Assembly (NCBI GenBank): GCA_963740355.1
Contig: CAVUDW010000003.1
Span: 768,001-832,000 of the forward strand
DNA from: an uncultured Gemmatimonadaceae bacterium
GTDB taxonomy: Bacteria; Gemmatimonadota; Gemmatimonadetes; Gemmatimonadales; Gemmatimonadaceae
Direction of reading: 5' to 3'
DNA: 64,000 bases
The translations under genes were made by a program, and so were the position numbers. The notes under the pieces were generated by a model. It made no database searches, was not told the origin of the DNA, and saw only the letters and a list, made by a program, of their open reading frames with translations. Positions 50,889 through 60,394 of the stretch are shown here, piece after piece (positions within the stretch are counted from its first letter, which is position 1; each line of letters starts with the position of its first letter).

Positions 50889-51824
50889 TCACTCGCTGCC
50901 GTTGAACGCCTTCCGCAGCGTACCGCGCTGGGCGACGAGCAGGTTGTACTCGGACCGCGAGAAGGTGACCGTGATGGGTGCATCCTTTCGCATGCCAGTG
51001 AGCCATGACGCAATACGCTCCCAGAACATCCGGGCTTGCACATCCGTCATGCCGACCGCGGCACCACTCACGCCACCAGAACTTCCGAGCAAGCCGTTCG
51101 CGGCGCGGCTCACACTGTCGGCGCGTGCACGGAGCAACTCCGTCCGCACCATGCTGGCTGGCTTGCGCGGACGAGCGCCGCACTTGCTGACCGCTGCGCG
51201 ATCGATCGATGCGCTGTCGGTCACCGCCCCGCCCATCGCACGCGCCATCTTCTCCTGCGCTCGCAGGATGGCTGCCTGATCGTTGGCGCGCTGTGCGGCC
51301 GCCATCTCCTGCATGATCGCCATCATCGCCTTCACCTTCGGGTCATTCTGCGCCGCCATCGGATTGGCCTGCATCTTGGCCGACATTTCGCTGGCCGCGC
51401 GCTCATTCTGCTGGTCAAGGGCATTGCTGACGTCGGACCGACAGCGATCATAGGTCTGATCGGCTTGCTCGTACGCGGAGCGCTCACGTTCGTTCTCCGA
51501 CTTGGTCGCCGAATCGCTGATGGCATTGGCTTGCGCCTGCATGGCCTCGTACCGCTGCCGGTTGGAGGCGCGCTGCGACTTCAGCTGCTCCATGGCGGCG
51601 GTGTACCGGTCCAGACGCTCGGCGGTGATCTCCAGCGTCGTTTGGTCGAAGGTGGGATCGATCAGCATGGCGACCTGCGCCTTGTCGTCCACCTTCTGTT
51701 CGACACGACGTTCGGCGGCGCGCCGAAGTGCGCCAAGCTGTGCCTGCGCCGGAACGGCTGCCAGGGTCAGCAGGCCGAGGACGAGGGGTGCGATGCTCCG
51801 ACGGGAAAGCGGCAACGCCGACAT
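50889..51824 (-). CDS. Hypothetical secreted helical protein
   Basis: Signal peptide ending AQAQ; Ala/Gln/Met-rich helices; GGAG upstream. Confidence 0.75.
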   Translation of the reverse strand: MSALPLSRRSIAPLVLGLLTLAAVPAQAQLGALRRAAERRVEQKVDDKAQVAMLIDPTFDQTTLEITAERLDRYTAAMEQLKSQRASNRQRYEAMQAQANAISDSATKSENERERSAYEQADQTYDRCRSDVSNALDQQNERAASEMSAKMQANPMAAQNDPKVKAMMAIMQEMAAAQRANDQAAILRAQEKMARAMGGAVTDSASIDRAAVSKCGARPRKPASMVRTELLRARADSVSRAANGLLGSSGGVSGAAVGMTDVQARMFWERIASWLTGMRKDAPITVTFSRSEYNLLVAQRGTLRKAFNGSE

Positions 51825-52031
51825 GTGTGGCTCCAGGGCGAAAGGTCGACACCGGCGAGGCCGGAAGTTCATGCGGTAGCAGGGGGCGCCGCCCGAGAGC
51901 GACAGCAGCCCGAGGAAGTAACGCCGGGACTGGGATGATCATCTCACCCCGGCCGATGCCGCACATGGGGAAAATGACCCCTGAACGCCGGTGTGTGAAC
52001 AAGCTGTGCCGCTACGCCGCCCGGGCGGGCG

Positions 52032-52841
52032 TCAGGCCACCGGGCGCAGCATCGTGCTCGCCAGCTCCTTCACGATCTTGGCCGCCACCATCGCGGTCAT
52101 GCCCGTGGGATCGCGACGCGGATTGAACTCGACCACATCCGCGCCGACGATCGGCGAGCGAATACCCTGAATCATGCCGAGGACCTCGCGGACCGTGAGC
52201 CCGCCTGGCTCCCAATGACTCACCCCCGGCGCAAAGGCTGGGTCGAGTCCGTCGATGTCGACCGAGATGTAGACCGGCCCTTCGATCACGGGCCGCAGGC
52301 CGGCTGCCCAGGCACGCATGTCGATGATCTCGACGCCAAACCGATCCGCCTGCTCACGCTGATGTCCTGAAAGTGTGCGGATCCCGACCTGCACCAGACG
52401 ACAGGCAAGCCCTTCTTCCATGATCCGCGCAAATGGGCAGGCATGCGAATACCGATCGCCTTCGAACTCATCGTAGAGGTCTGCGTGGGCGTCGATATGC
52501 AGGATGGTCGGCTGCCGATAGGTGCGGTTCACGGCGCGCAGAATGGGATAGGTCACGGAGTGATCACCGCCGAGTGCGATGATGCGCACGTCGGTGGTCA
52601 TCAGTGCCGCGACCCCCTGCTCGATCGCCATCCGAGCGCTGGAATCCGCCGCCAGCACAAGGTCACCGGCATCGCGCAGGGCACCAGGCTCGGCGAGGTT
52701 CCGCAGCTCCTCGGACCAGTGATTCGCCGAGTCGGAATGCAGTGCGTCTCGGATCAAGGCGGGCGCCTCGGCTGGACCGCGCAGGAACGAGGAACTGGCG
52801 TCGTAGGGCAGGCCAAGCAGGCACGGTGGCAGGACGGTCAT
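52032..52841 (-). CDS. speB: Agmatinase (ureohydrolase family)
   Basis: GGDHS, DAHAD, SHACP, SVDIDGLDPAFAPG, VEFNP. Confidence 0.88.
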   Translation of the reverse strand: MTVLPPCLLGLPYDASSSFLRGPAEAPALIRDALHSDSANHWSEELRNLAEPGALRDAGDLVLAADSSARMAIEQGVAALMTTDVRIIALGGDHSVTYPILRAVNRTYRQPTILHIDAHADLYDEFEGDRYSHACPFARIMEEGLACRLVQVGIRTLSGHQREQADRFGVEIIDMRAWAAGLRPVIEGPVYISVDIDGLDPAFAPGVSHWEPGGLTVREVLGMIQGIRSPIVGADVVEFNPRRDPTGMTAMVAAKIVKELASTMLRPVA

Positions 52842-52970
52842 CGAGAGGCTCGCGGGCTACTGGGACCAAAGAACGGCATTCAAACACAAGGTATCGCCCT
52901 TCACGAAATGATCGCGCGCGCCGTCTACCGAGGGTAGACTCCAAGCATCCCACAGCAGGTGTGTTCATCG

Positions 52971-54319
52971 ATGACAGTTGCCGCACCAGGTGTGCCCCCG
53001 GGCCCGAAAAACCGCTTTCCGGGCGACATGATTCTTCGCATGTCGCGCCAACGGATCGAGCTCCTGCGCACGATGGCCGCGCAATACGGTGACGTGTCGG
53101 AGTTGCAGCTGGGCAAGCAACGCATCGTGCTGCTCACCAATCCAGACGACATTCGCGACGTGCTGGTGACCAACCAGCGCAATTTCCGGAAGGGGCAGGC
53201 GCTGGAGCGGGCCAAGGTGCTGGTCGGCGAAGGGCTGCTGACATCGGAGGGCGAACACCACCTGCGGCAGCGCCGCCTGGTGCAACCCGCCTTCCATCGT
53301 GCACGCATCGCCGCCTACGCTGGTGCGATGACGGGTGCCGCCATGTCGCGCCAGGTATCCTGGCATGATGGGGCAACATTCGATGCCAATCGCGAGATGA
53401 TGCACGTGACGCTCGCGATCGTGGCATCGACGCTCTTCGGTGCCGATGTCGGTGCCGAGAGCAGTGAGATCGGCAATGCACTGGACGATGTCTTCGAGGC
53501 ATTCACGATCGGCTACGGTCCGCTCACGCCACTGCTCGACATCCTGCCAACGCCGCGTCGTCGCCGATTTGCGGCGGGCAAGAAACGCGTCGATGCCACC
53601 ATCGATCGCATCATCGCCGAGCGCCGAAAGAGTGGTCAGGACACGGGTGACCTCCTGTCCATGCTGCTGCACGCCACCGACACCGAGGGCGATGGCACCG
53701 GCATGTCGGACCAGCAACTTCGCGACGAGGCCATCACCCTGTTCATCGCCGGGCATGAGACCACCGCCAACGCACTGACCTGGACCTGGCTCCTGCTGGC
53801 CAGGAATCCCGCGGCGGAGCGCACCTTGCACGAGGAGATCGATCGTGTCGTCGGCGACCGGATGCCGACGATGGACGACCTCGCGCAGCTGCCATTCACG
53901 CGCGGCGTGATCGCGGAATCGATGCGGCTCTATCCGCCAGCGTACATCGTGGGACGGCGGTCGCTCGACACCTACAGCGTCGGGGGATACGACTTCCCTG
54001 CCGGCACGCTCTTTCTCTCGCCGCAGTTCCTCGTCCACCGCGATCCGCGGTGGTGGCCCGACGCGGAGGCGTTCAAGCCCGAACGCTGGCTCGACGCCGA
54101 GGCGACGGCCGCGCGCCCGAAGATGGCCTACTTCCCGTTCGGTGCCGGCACACGCATCTGCGTTGGCGAGCAGTTCGCGTGGATGGAAGCGATGCTCGTC
54201 CTCGTCACGCTCGCACGACGCTGGCGGCTGCGTGTCGACGGCCCTGATCCTGAGCTGGAACCGATCATCACGTTGCGCCCGAAAGGTGGTTGCCAGCGCG
54301 ACTGGAGACGCGGCCCTAG
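52971..54319 (+). CDS. Cytochrome P450; 3' end apparently frameshifted (as written it runs to 54485)
   Basis: AGHETT, ESMR, PERW, FGAGTRICVG; adding one base near 54289 gives ITLRPKGGLPARLETRP* ending at 54319. Confidence 0.9.
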
Positions 54320-54362
54320 GCCGTCGTCGACGCCGGGAGCGCGCGTCTGGCAGCCATCGCGC

Positions 54363-55787
54363 CTACTGAATCCAGACGTTCGCCTGCCCCAGCAAACGTG
54401 CACGCACGACGAACGCACTTTCGCTGGTGCTGACACTTTCCACCTGAAAGCTGGTGATGCTGCCGCCGAGGATCACGCCGGGTGACACGGTGCGATTCAG
54501 CAATTGCAGCATCTGGGTGCGCACCGAGTCGAGCTGTGCACCAAGCGGCACCCGACCGCCCATCGTCGCCTTGCGAATCGCGCGGCCGATCAATGGCGCG
54601 GCAAGCGTGGCCTTCATCCGTGACATCGCGCCACGACTTTCGAGGTTCCAGTCGAGGTCATCGAGTCGCAGCTCGCGAGAGGTGGGATCCCAGCGCAACC
54701 GCGACATCAATGTCAGCCGGCCACGGAGCGAGCCGCTGACATCGAGCACGATGCGGACGCTGTCGCCGCTCGCCTGCACGTGCACGCTGTCCACGCGTTC
54801 ACTGGTATTCGCCGTTTCGGCCACGAGCAGTTCCGTGGCGCGGCGATTCACCTCTGCAAACGGCAGTTCGACGGAGACAGGTACCACGAATCCGCCGGGA
54901 CTCGTGCCGAGGCTCAGCACCGGCAGCGGCCTGTCGATCGTGGGCGGCTTGGCTCCGGCGATCACCCGTGGACGCGCGTACACCACGATCGCCGTCCTGA
55001 AGCTTGGCCCCACGCCGCTCAGCGGTACCACCCGAATCGCTTCCGGGTCGAGCACCAGCCAGAGGGTGTTGAGCGTGTCGAGTGGTGTGGGCTCGAGAAA
55101 GCTTCGCCAGATGGAATCCGCCAGCGGCCGAAGATCCGCGGCTGCCGGAAGCGCGGTATCGACCTGCGCCGAAAAGTCCTTCAGCTGGCCGTCGATCATC
55201 GATTGCAGCGCTGGTGTGGCATCGACCAGCAGCGCCGTCACTCGGCAGGGATCGAGTAGCGTGGCGGCGAGGGCCGTCTCGCGTGAACCGATCTTCCAGT
55301 CGCGACGCCAATAGAGATTGGTGGCGAGGGAGAGCGTGGCGCGACGGGGCGTCTCCGCACCATAACCGCAGCTGGCGATCCCGGCCCCCGGCACGCCGAC
55401 TCTCGCACGATATCGCAGCGTGGTGTTGATGCTGAAGCGCTCACCGGTCGCGGACAGCGCCAGCGGATCGCGGGTGTAGACGTACTGGTGGCAGACCAGG
55501 CGCGCGACGCTCTTGCAGGCGGCGTCGGCGAGCGAATCACGCACCGGGAACAGCGAGTCGAGCGCCGGCGCCAGGGCACGCAGCACATACGTGACCTGCA
55601 CCGGGATCACAGCGAGCTCAGCTTGCGGCTGGCTTGCCTTGACGACACCGGAGACGGCGGCTGGGAGCTGCGGCACTGTCGTGGCCACTGGTGTCGGCGC
55701 CGGCGCCACCGTGGCCGGCGTGCTGCCGGCACATCCGCCCAGCAAGACGGCAGCCGAGGCGAGGCCAATCCATCGCGGGGCGCTCAT
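54363..55787 (-). CDS. DUF4403-like lipoprotein
   Basis: LGGC lipobox; YVYTRDP, ASCG, WLVLDPE; beta-rich. Confidence 0.7.
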   Translation of the reverse strand: MSAPRWIGLASAAVLLGGCAGSTPATVAPAPTPVATTVPQLPAAVSGVVKASQPQAELAVIPVQVTYVLRALAPALDSLFPVRDSLADAACKSVARLVCHQYVYTRDPLALSATGERFSINTTLRYRARVGVPGAGIASCGYGAETPRRATLSLATNLYWRRDWKIGSRETALAATLLDPCRVTALLVDATPALQSMIDGQLKDFSAQVDTALPAAADLRPLADSIWRSFLEPTPLDTLNTLWLVLDPEAIRVVPLSGVGPSFRTAIVVYARPRVIAGAKPPTIDRPLPVLSLGTSPGGFVVPVSVELPFAEVNRRATELLVAETANTSERVDSVHVQASGDSVRIVLDVSGSLRGRLTLMSRLRWDPTSRELRLDDLDWNLESRGAMSRMKATLAAPLIGRAIRKATMGGRVPLGAQLDSVRTQMLQLLNRTVSPGVILGGSITSFQVESVSTSESAFVVRARLLGQANVWIQ

Positions 55788-56002
55788 GCCTTCCGCAAAA
55801 ACTCGGTCTTGAGGACGAGGCCCTTCACCTTCTCGTGGTTTGCCTCGATCTCCCCGTCACTGCCGTTGAGGCGGATGTTCTTGATCGTGGTGCCGCGCTT
55901 GAGGGTCACGGACGAGCCCTTGACCTTCAAGTCCTTGATCACGAGCACCGTGTCACCATCGGCGAGCGGGTTGCCATTGCTGTCACGGACAACGATGTCC
56001 AT
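55784..56002 (-). CDS. PhnA/YjdM C-terminal domain protein (no zinc ribbon)
   Basis: RDSNGNPLADGDTV.VIKDLKVKGSS..KRGT.IKNIRL...LKTEFLRK. Confidence 0.9.
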   Translation of the reverse strand: MDIVVRDSNGNPLADGDTVLVIKDLKVKGSSVTLKRGTTIKNIRLNGSDGEIEANHEKVKGLVLKTEFLRKA

Positions 56003-56128
56003 TCTCGAATTCCTGGTCTGTGCGGAAGTATTCAGCGGCGCTCAGAGGCCGTGAGGCACGGCGCCGACACCCGGAGAATACCCGGGTCGGCTAGCTTCCG
56101 GTATGAGCGATTACCTGCAGGACCGCCG

Positions 56129-56644
56129 ATGAGGATCGTGGGCGGCAAGTACAAGGGCCGCGACCTCACGTCGCCGAATGACTTCCGCGTGCGGCCCACA
56201 GCGGAGCGGGTGCGATCGTTGCTGCTCGATCAGCTGAAGCCCGATCTCGACGGCGCACGCATCCTCGACCTCTTTGCCGGCACCGGCGCACTGGGCCTCG
56301 AGGCGATTTCGCGTGGCGCCAAGTACGCCGACTTCGTCGAGACACGTCCGAGCAGCCTGCACGCGCTGAAGGCCAACATCGGCCTGCTGCGGGTGTCGCA
56401 GAAGTGTCGCGTCTACAAGAAGGATGCGGTGCAGTTCGCCGAGGCCCAGACCGAGCAGCGCTGGGACATCGCCTTCGCCGACCCGCCGTACGACTCGAAG
56501 ATGCTCGACCGAGTCGTCGCGGCCTGGCAGGCGACGAAGTTCTCCCGTGTGCTGGCCTGCGAGCACACCCGCGATCACGCCATCCCACTCGGCGACTACC
56601 GCACTGCAATCGAAGACACCGCGATCACGATCTACCGCGCCTGA
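56129..56644 (+). CDS. rsmD: RsmD family RNA methyltransferase
   Basis: MRIVGGKYKGR, RPT, LDLFAGTGALGLEAISRGA, FADPPY. Confidence 0.92.
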   Translation: MRIVGGKYKGRDLTSPNDFRVRPTAERVRSLLLDQLKPDLDGARILDLFAGTGALGLEAISRGAKYADFVETRPSSLHALKANIGLLRVSQKCRVYKKDAVQFAEAQTEQRWDIAFADPPYDSKMLDRVVAAWQATKFSRVLACEHTRDHAIPLGDYRTAIEDTAITIYRA

Positions 56645-56689
56645 GGGCGTTTACTTGATTCTCCTGCCGACGCGTAAGCGGGGCGCTTT

Positions 56690-56887
56690 CACTGCAAAAC
56701 GCAGAGACGCGGAGACGCAGAGGGTTCTACGCGCGCCGGCAGCCTCCGCGAATTGCGCAATGCGAGAAAGCCTTGGGTACTGCATTTACGGTTGCAGTTC
56801 CCAAGGCTTTCTAGATTGCAGGTTGGCACCGTCGGCACGTCTCGCAGTAAAACTCTCTGCGTCTCCGCGTCTCTGCGTTTAGCAGTG
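56690..56887. repeat. ~200-bp palindromic intergenic element (MITE/REP-like)
   Basis: 37-bp terminal inverted repeats (2 mismatches) with a 9-nt ACGC(A/G)GAG(A) period, plus an inner 20-bp hairpin 56765-56812. Confidence 0.85.
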
Positions 56888-56900
56888 GCAGTTCAGCAGT

Positions 56901-58118
56901 TTACGCCATCTTGGCCTGCAGGCGACGATCGATGGCGTCGAGGAAGTCCTCGGTGGAGAGGTACGGCGAATTCTTGCTGATGAGGATCGCAAGGTCCTTC
57001 GTCATCTCGCCGGATTCGACCGCTTCGATGCAGACGGCCTCCAGCGCGTTCGCGAAGTCGACCAGCGCCGGTGTGCCATCGAGCTTGCCGCGATGGGCGA
57101 GGCCGCGCGTCCAGGCGAAGATCGATGCGATCGGGTTGGTTGACGTCTTGTTGCCCTTCTGGTGTTCGCGGAAGTGGCGCGTGACGGTGCCGTGGGCCGC
57201 TTCGGCTTCCATCGTCTTGCCATCGGGCGTCATCAGCACGCTGGTCATCAGGCCCAGTGACCCGAAGCCCTGCGCCACGATGTCCGACTGCACGTCGCCG
57301 TCGTAGTTCTTGCAGGCCCAGACGTAGCCACCTTCCCACTTCAGTGCAGCCGCCACCATGTCGTCGATCAGGCGATGCTCATAGGTGATGCCCTTGGCGT
57401 CGAAGTCGGCCTTGAACTCTTCCTCGAACACCTTCTCGAAGATGTCCTTGAATGCCCCGTCGTACGCCTTGAGGATCGTGTTCTTGGTGCTGAGGTACAC
57501 CGGGTAGCTGCGCTGCAGGCCGTAGGTGAGGCTGGCGCGGGCGAAGTCACGGATCGAATCGTTGTAGTTGTACATGCCCATCGCCACGCCGCCGTCGGCA
57601 CCGTACTTGGCGACTTCGAACTGTGTCGGGCCGCTGCCGTCTGCCGGCGTCCAGGTCATCGTGACCGTGCCAGCGCCCGGTACCTTGAAGTCGGTCGCCT
57701 TGTACTGGTCGCCATGGGCGTGACGGCCGACCACGATCGGCTTGGTCCATCCCGGCACGAGGCGCGGGATGTTCTGCATGATGATCGGTTCGCGGAAGAT
57801 CACACCACCGAGGATGTTGCGGATCGTCCCGTTGGGGCTCTTCCACATCTTCTTCAGGTTGAACTCCTTCACCCGCGCCTCGTCCGGCGTGATCGTCGCG
57901 CACTTCACCGCCACCCCGTACTTCTTGGTGGCTTCCGCCGAGTCGATCGTGACCTGATCGTTGGTGGCATCGCGATGCTCGATGCCGAGGTCGTAGTAGT
58001 CGAGCTGAATGTCCAGGTAGGGGAGAATCAGCTTGTCCTTGATGAACTGCCAGATGATGCGGGTCATCTCGTCGCCGTCCATCTCGACGACCGGGTTTAC
58101 CACCTTGATCTTGGCCAT
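56901..58118 (-). CDS. icd: NADP-dependent isocitrate dehydrogenase (eukaryote-like subfamily)
   Basis: [56 protein letters not shown]. Confidence 0.98.
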   Translation of the reverse strand: MAKIKVVNPVVEMDGDEMTRIIWQFIKDKLILPYLDIQLDYYDLGIEHRDATNDQVTIDSAEATKKYGVAVKCATITPDEARVKEFNLKKMWKSPNGTIRNILGGVIFREPIIMQNIPRLVPGWTKPIVVGRHAHGDQYKATDFKVPGAGTVTMTWTPADGSGPTQFEVAKYGADGGVAMGMYNYNDSIRDFARASLTYGLQRSYPVYLSTKNTILKAYDGAFKDIFEKVFEEEFKADFDAKGITYEHRLIDDMVAAALKWEGGYVWACKNYDGDVQSDIVAQGFGSLGLMTSVLMTPDGKTMEAEAAHGTVTRHFREHQKGNKTSTNPIASIFAWTRGLAHRGKLDGTPALVDFANALEAVCIEAVESGEMTKDLAILISKNSPYLSTEDFLDAIDRRLQAKMA

Positions 58119-58268
58119 GACGCTTTCCTGAGCGTGAGTCGGGCACACCACGCGGCGCGCGGCGGCAGAAGTTCTGGGGGCGGATTCTAGTGGGATGTAA
58201 CGGTGATGCCAATTGTCGGGCCCGCTAGAACGCGACGCGCGCAAGTCAGATCTCTCGACATGAGCAGA

Positions 58269-58438
58269 CGTTGCGCTTCACCAACGCCTCGCCTGTGACG
58301 CACTCCGTGAGCTCCGTGGCCTCCCGCTCACATGCTGTTGACGATCGCCGACGATCCCGGACGTCTGTCACTGCGGTAGATCGTAAACAGCGGTGGGGAG
58401 GGAGCGCATGGAGCTCACGGAGTGCGTCGAGGGCAACG
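58269..58438. repeat. Long hairpin element or candidate structured ncRNA
   Basis: 22-bp inverted repeat 58297-58318/58407-58428 (1 mismatch) and 13-bp inner one 58334-58346/58379-58391. Confidence 0.7.
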
Positions 58439-58766
58439 ACTCGTGCTGCGCGCGGATTGTCACGTGACAAGTGCCTGCGCCCGCTCAGTCGTGTTGCGCG
58501 CCGCTTCGCTCGAGACGCAGCACGCAATCTTCAGAGAAGTGTCCTAATTGCGTCACGACGTTTGACGGTGCGGTAACGAGCCTGCGACAACACGCGCCGA
58601 AGGTGAAACATCGCGACGAGTGGGGCGTCGGCGCGCACATGTTGGGTACACGCAGCGCAGGCCCGTCGGGACGGGTGTGCGCGAGATGCGATGAAGGTCA
58701 GCTGCGTTGCACTGGATCGGCAGCAACGCGCCTTCCCGTCCCCACCGTTTCGCTCGAGACTCCCCG

Positions 58767-60188
58767 ATGAAGCAGATCGCAGCAGTGTTCACCGCTGGCG
58801 TCGTCGCACTGGCATCAGCCCAGGCGCAGACTGTCAGCAACGCGACGTTCACCAATGGCATCACCGTCGCCGCCAACACCCTCGACCAGTCAACCGGTTC
58901 GGCGTTCGATCGCCGCGTCGGCATGTTTTCTGGTCTGTTCTACGATCCGCTGCGTGGCGAATGGTGGGGCGTGTCGGATCGTGGCCCGGGCGGCGGCACT
59001 CTGCCGTACGAAACCCGCGTGCAACGCTTCACGATCGATGTCGACAAGTCCACCGGACGAATCAGCAATTTCCAGATTCAGGCCACCATCAAGTTCACCA
59101 GCGGTGGTGTTGCGCTCAATGGACTGGCACCGAACCCCGTCTCGACGCTTGGCAAGTCGTTCGATCCGGAAGGCGTCGCCATCAACCCGCTGAATGGCAA
59201 CATCCTGATCTCCGACGAATACGGTCCGTCACTGATCGAGTTCAATCGGAGTGGCGTGGAAGTCCGTCGCTTCACTCCGCCGGCGAACATCATCCCGCGC
59301 AATGCCGTCAGCGGCACACCGAACTTCGCCGATGACGTGGGCAACACTGCCGGTCGCGTGACGAACCGTGGGTTCGAAGGCCTCGCGATCAGCCCCGACG
59401 GCAAGTACGCCTACGCCACGCTGCAGAGCGCGATGTATGACGAGGGTGGCAGTAGCGGCCAGTTCACCCGGATCGTGAAGTTCGACATGGCCACCGGCGA
59501 AGCGGTGGGCCAGTTCGCCTACAAGTTCGAGACGACGGGTGCAGGACGCGGCGTGTCGGAACTGGTGGCACTCGGCAGTGACAAGTTCCTCATCCTCGAG
59601 CGCAACAACCGAGGCGTGGGCATCGGCGCGACCCTCGCGACGGCCGACAAGAGCATCTTCCAGATCGACCTCGCTGGTGCGACCGACATCTCGAACATCT
59701 CGATCACCAACGGCGTCCTGCCGGCCGGAGTGGTGGCCGTGGGCAAGAGCGCCAAGATCATCGACCTCGACGCGAACACGTTGACGGCACTGGGCAACCG
59801 CTCCCCCGAGAAGTGGGAAGGCATCGCCATCGGTCCTCGTCTCGACAACGGGCAGTACCTGATCCTGGCTGGCTCGGACAACGACTACAGCGTGACGCAG
59901 AACGCGCAGGGTGCGCAACTCGATGTCTGGCTCAATTTCCTCGATGCCGATCCGTACGCGACATCGATTCAGTGCCCGCTCGGCCTCACCACGGGCTGTA
60001 TCCGGACCAACGGTGGTGCAGCGGTCGAACTGACGAGCGCCTACGCCCAGCTTCCCGGCGTGCTGCACGCCTACTCGGCCGACATCAATGGCTACGTCAG
60101 TGTCGTCCCCGAGCCGACCACCATCTCGTTGATGGTCCTCGGACTCGGCATCCTCGGCCTGTCCGCACGTCGTCGCAAGCACTCGTAA
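58767..60188 (+). CDS. Phytase-like esterase family protein with PEP-CTERM sorting tail
   Basis: SDRGP, DPEG, SDEYGP, NRGFEGLA, KWEG, SDNDY; C-terminal VPEPTT-TM-RRRK. Confidence 0.9.
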   Translation: MKQIAAVFTAGVVALASAQAQTVSNATFTNGITVAANTLDQSTGSAFDRRVGMFSGLFYDPLRGEWWGVSDRGPGGGTLPYETRVQRFTIDVDKSTGRISNFQIQATIKFTSGGVALNGLAPNPVSTLGKSFDPEGVAINPLNGNILISDEYGPSLIEFNRSGVEVRRFTPPANIIPRNAVSGTPNFADDVGNTAGRVTNRGFEGLAISPDGKYAYATLQSAMYDEGGSSGQFTRIVKFDMATGEAVGQFAYKFETTGAGRGVSELVALGSDKFLILERNNRGVGIGATLATADKSIFQIDLAGATDISNISITNGVLPAGVVAVGKSAKIIDLDANTLTALGNRSPEKWEGIAIGPRLDNGQYLILAGSDNDYSVTQNAQGAQLDVWLNFLDADPYATSIQCPLGLTTGCIRTNGGAAVELTSAYAQLPGVLHAYSADINGYVSVVPEPTTISLMVLGLGILGLSARRRKHS

Positions 60189-60210
60189 GCACTCGGTCAA
60201 CAGCAAACAG

Positions 60211-60376
60211 CAACAGCCCTGACGCAAAACTGCATCGGGGTAAGGCAACAGCCGCAAAACTGAACAGCCGCAAAACCGATCTGGCAAGTCAGTTTGTCAG
60301 TGGCAGTTTTGCGGCTGTCGCAGTTCCCTGCGGCTTCTGCAGTTTCGCTTCTTTCAGTTTTGCGTCAAGGCAGTTG
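60211..60376. repeat. Palindromic intergenic element with GCAAAACTG-type subrepeats
   Basis: 22-bp inverted ends (2 mismatches); ACAGCCGCAAAAC(T/C)G at 60248 and 60264, inverse copy at 60304-60318. Confidence 0.8.
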
Positions 60377-60394
60377 CGTGAAGAACTCAGAGCT

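Noticed and set aside
58269..58438. Firm 6S RNA call
   Set aside because: Shape is compatible but the usual zapA/ygfA/rny context is absent and the central bubble is unclear; kept only as a candidate
58520..58766. sigma54 promoter expected for a PEP-CTERM gene
   Set aside because: No convincing TGGCAC-N5-TTGC-type match; the best candidate has 11-nt GG-GC spacing
60199..60376. Mini-CRISPR array
   Set aside because: Units are short, inverted and lack unique spacers; no cas genes
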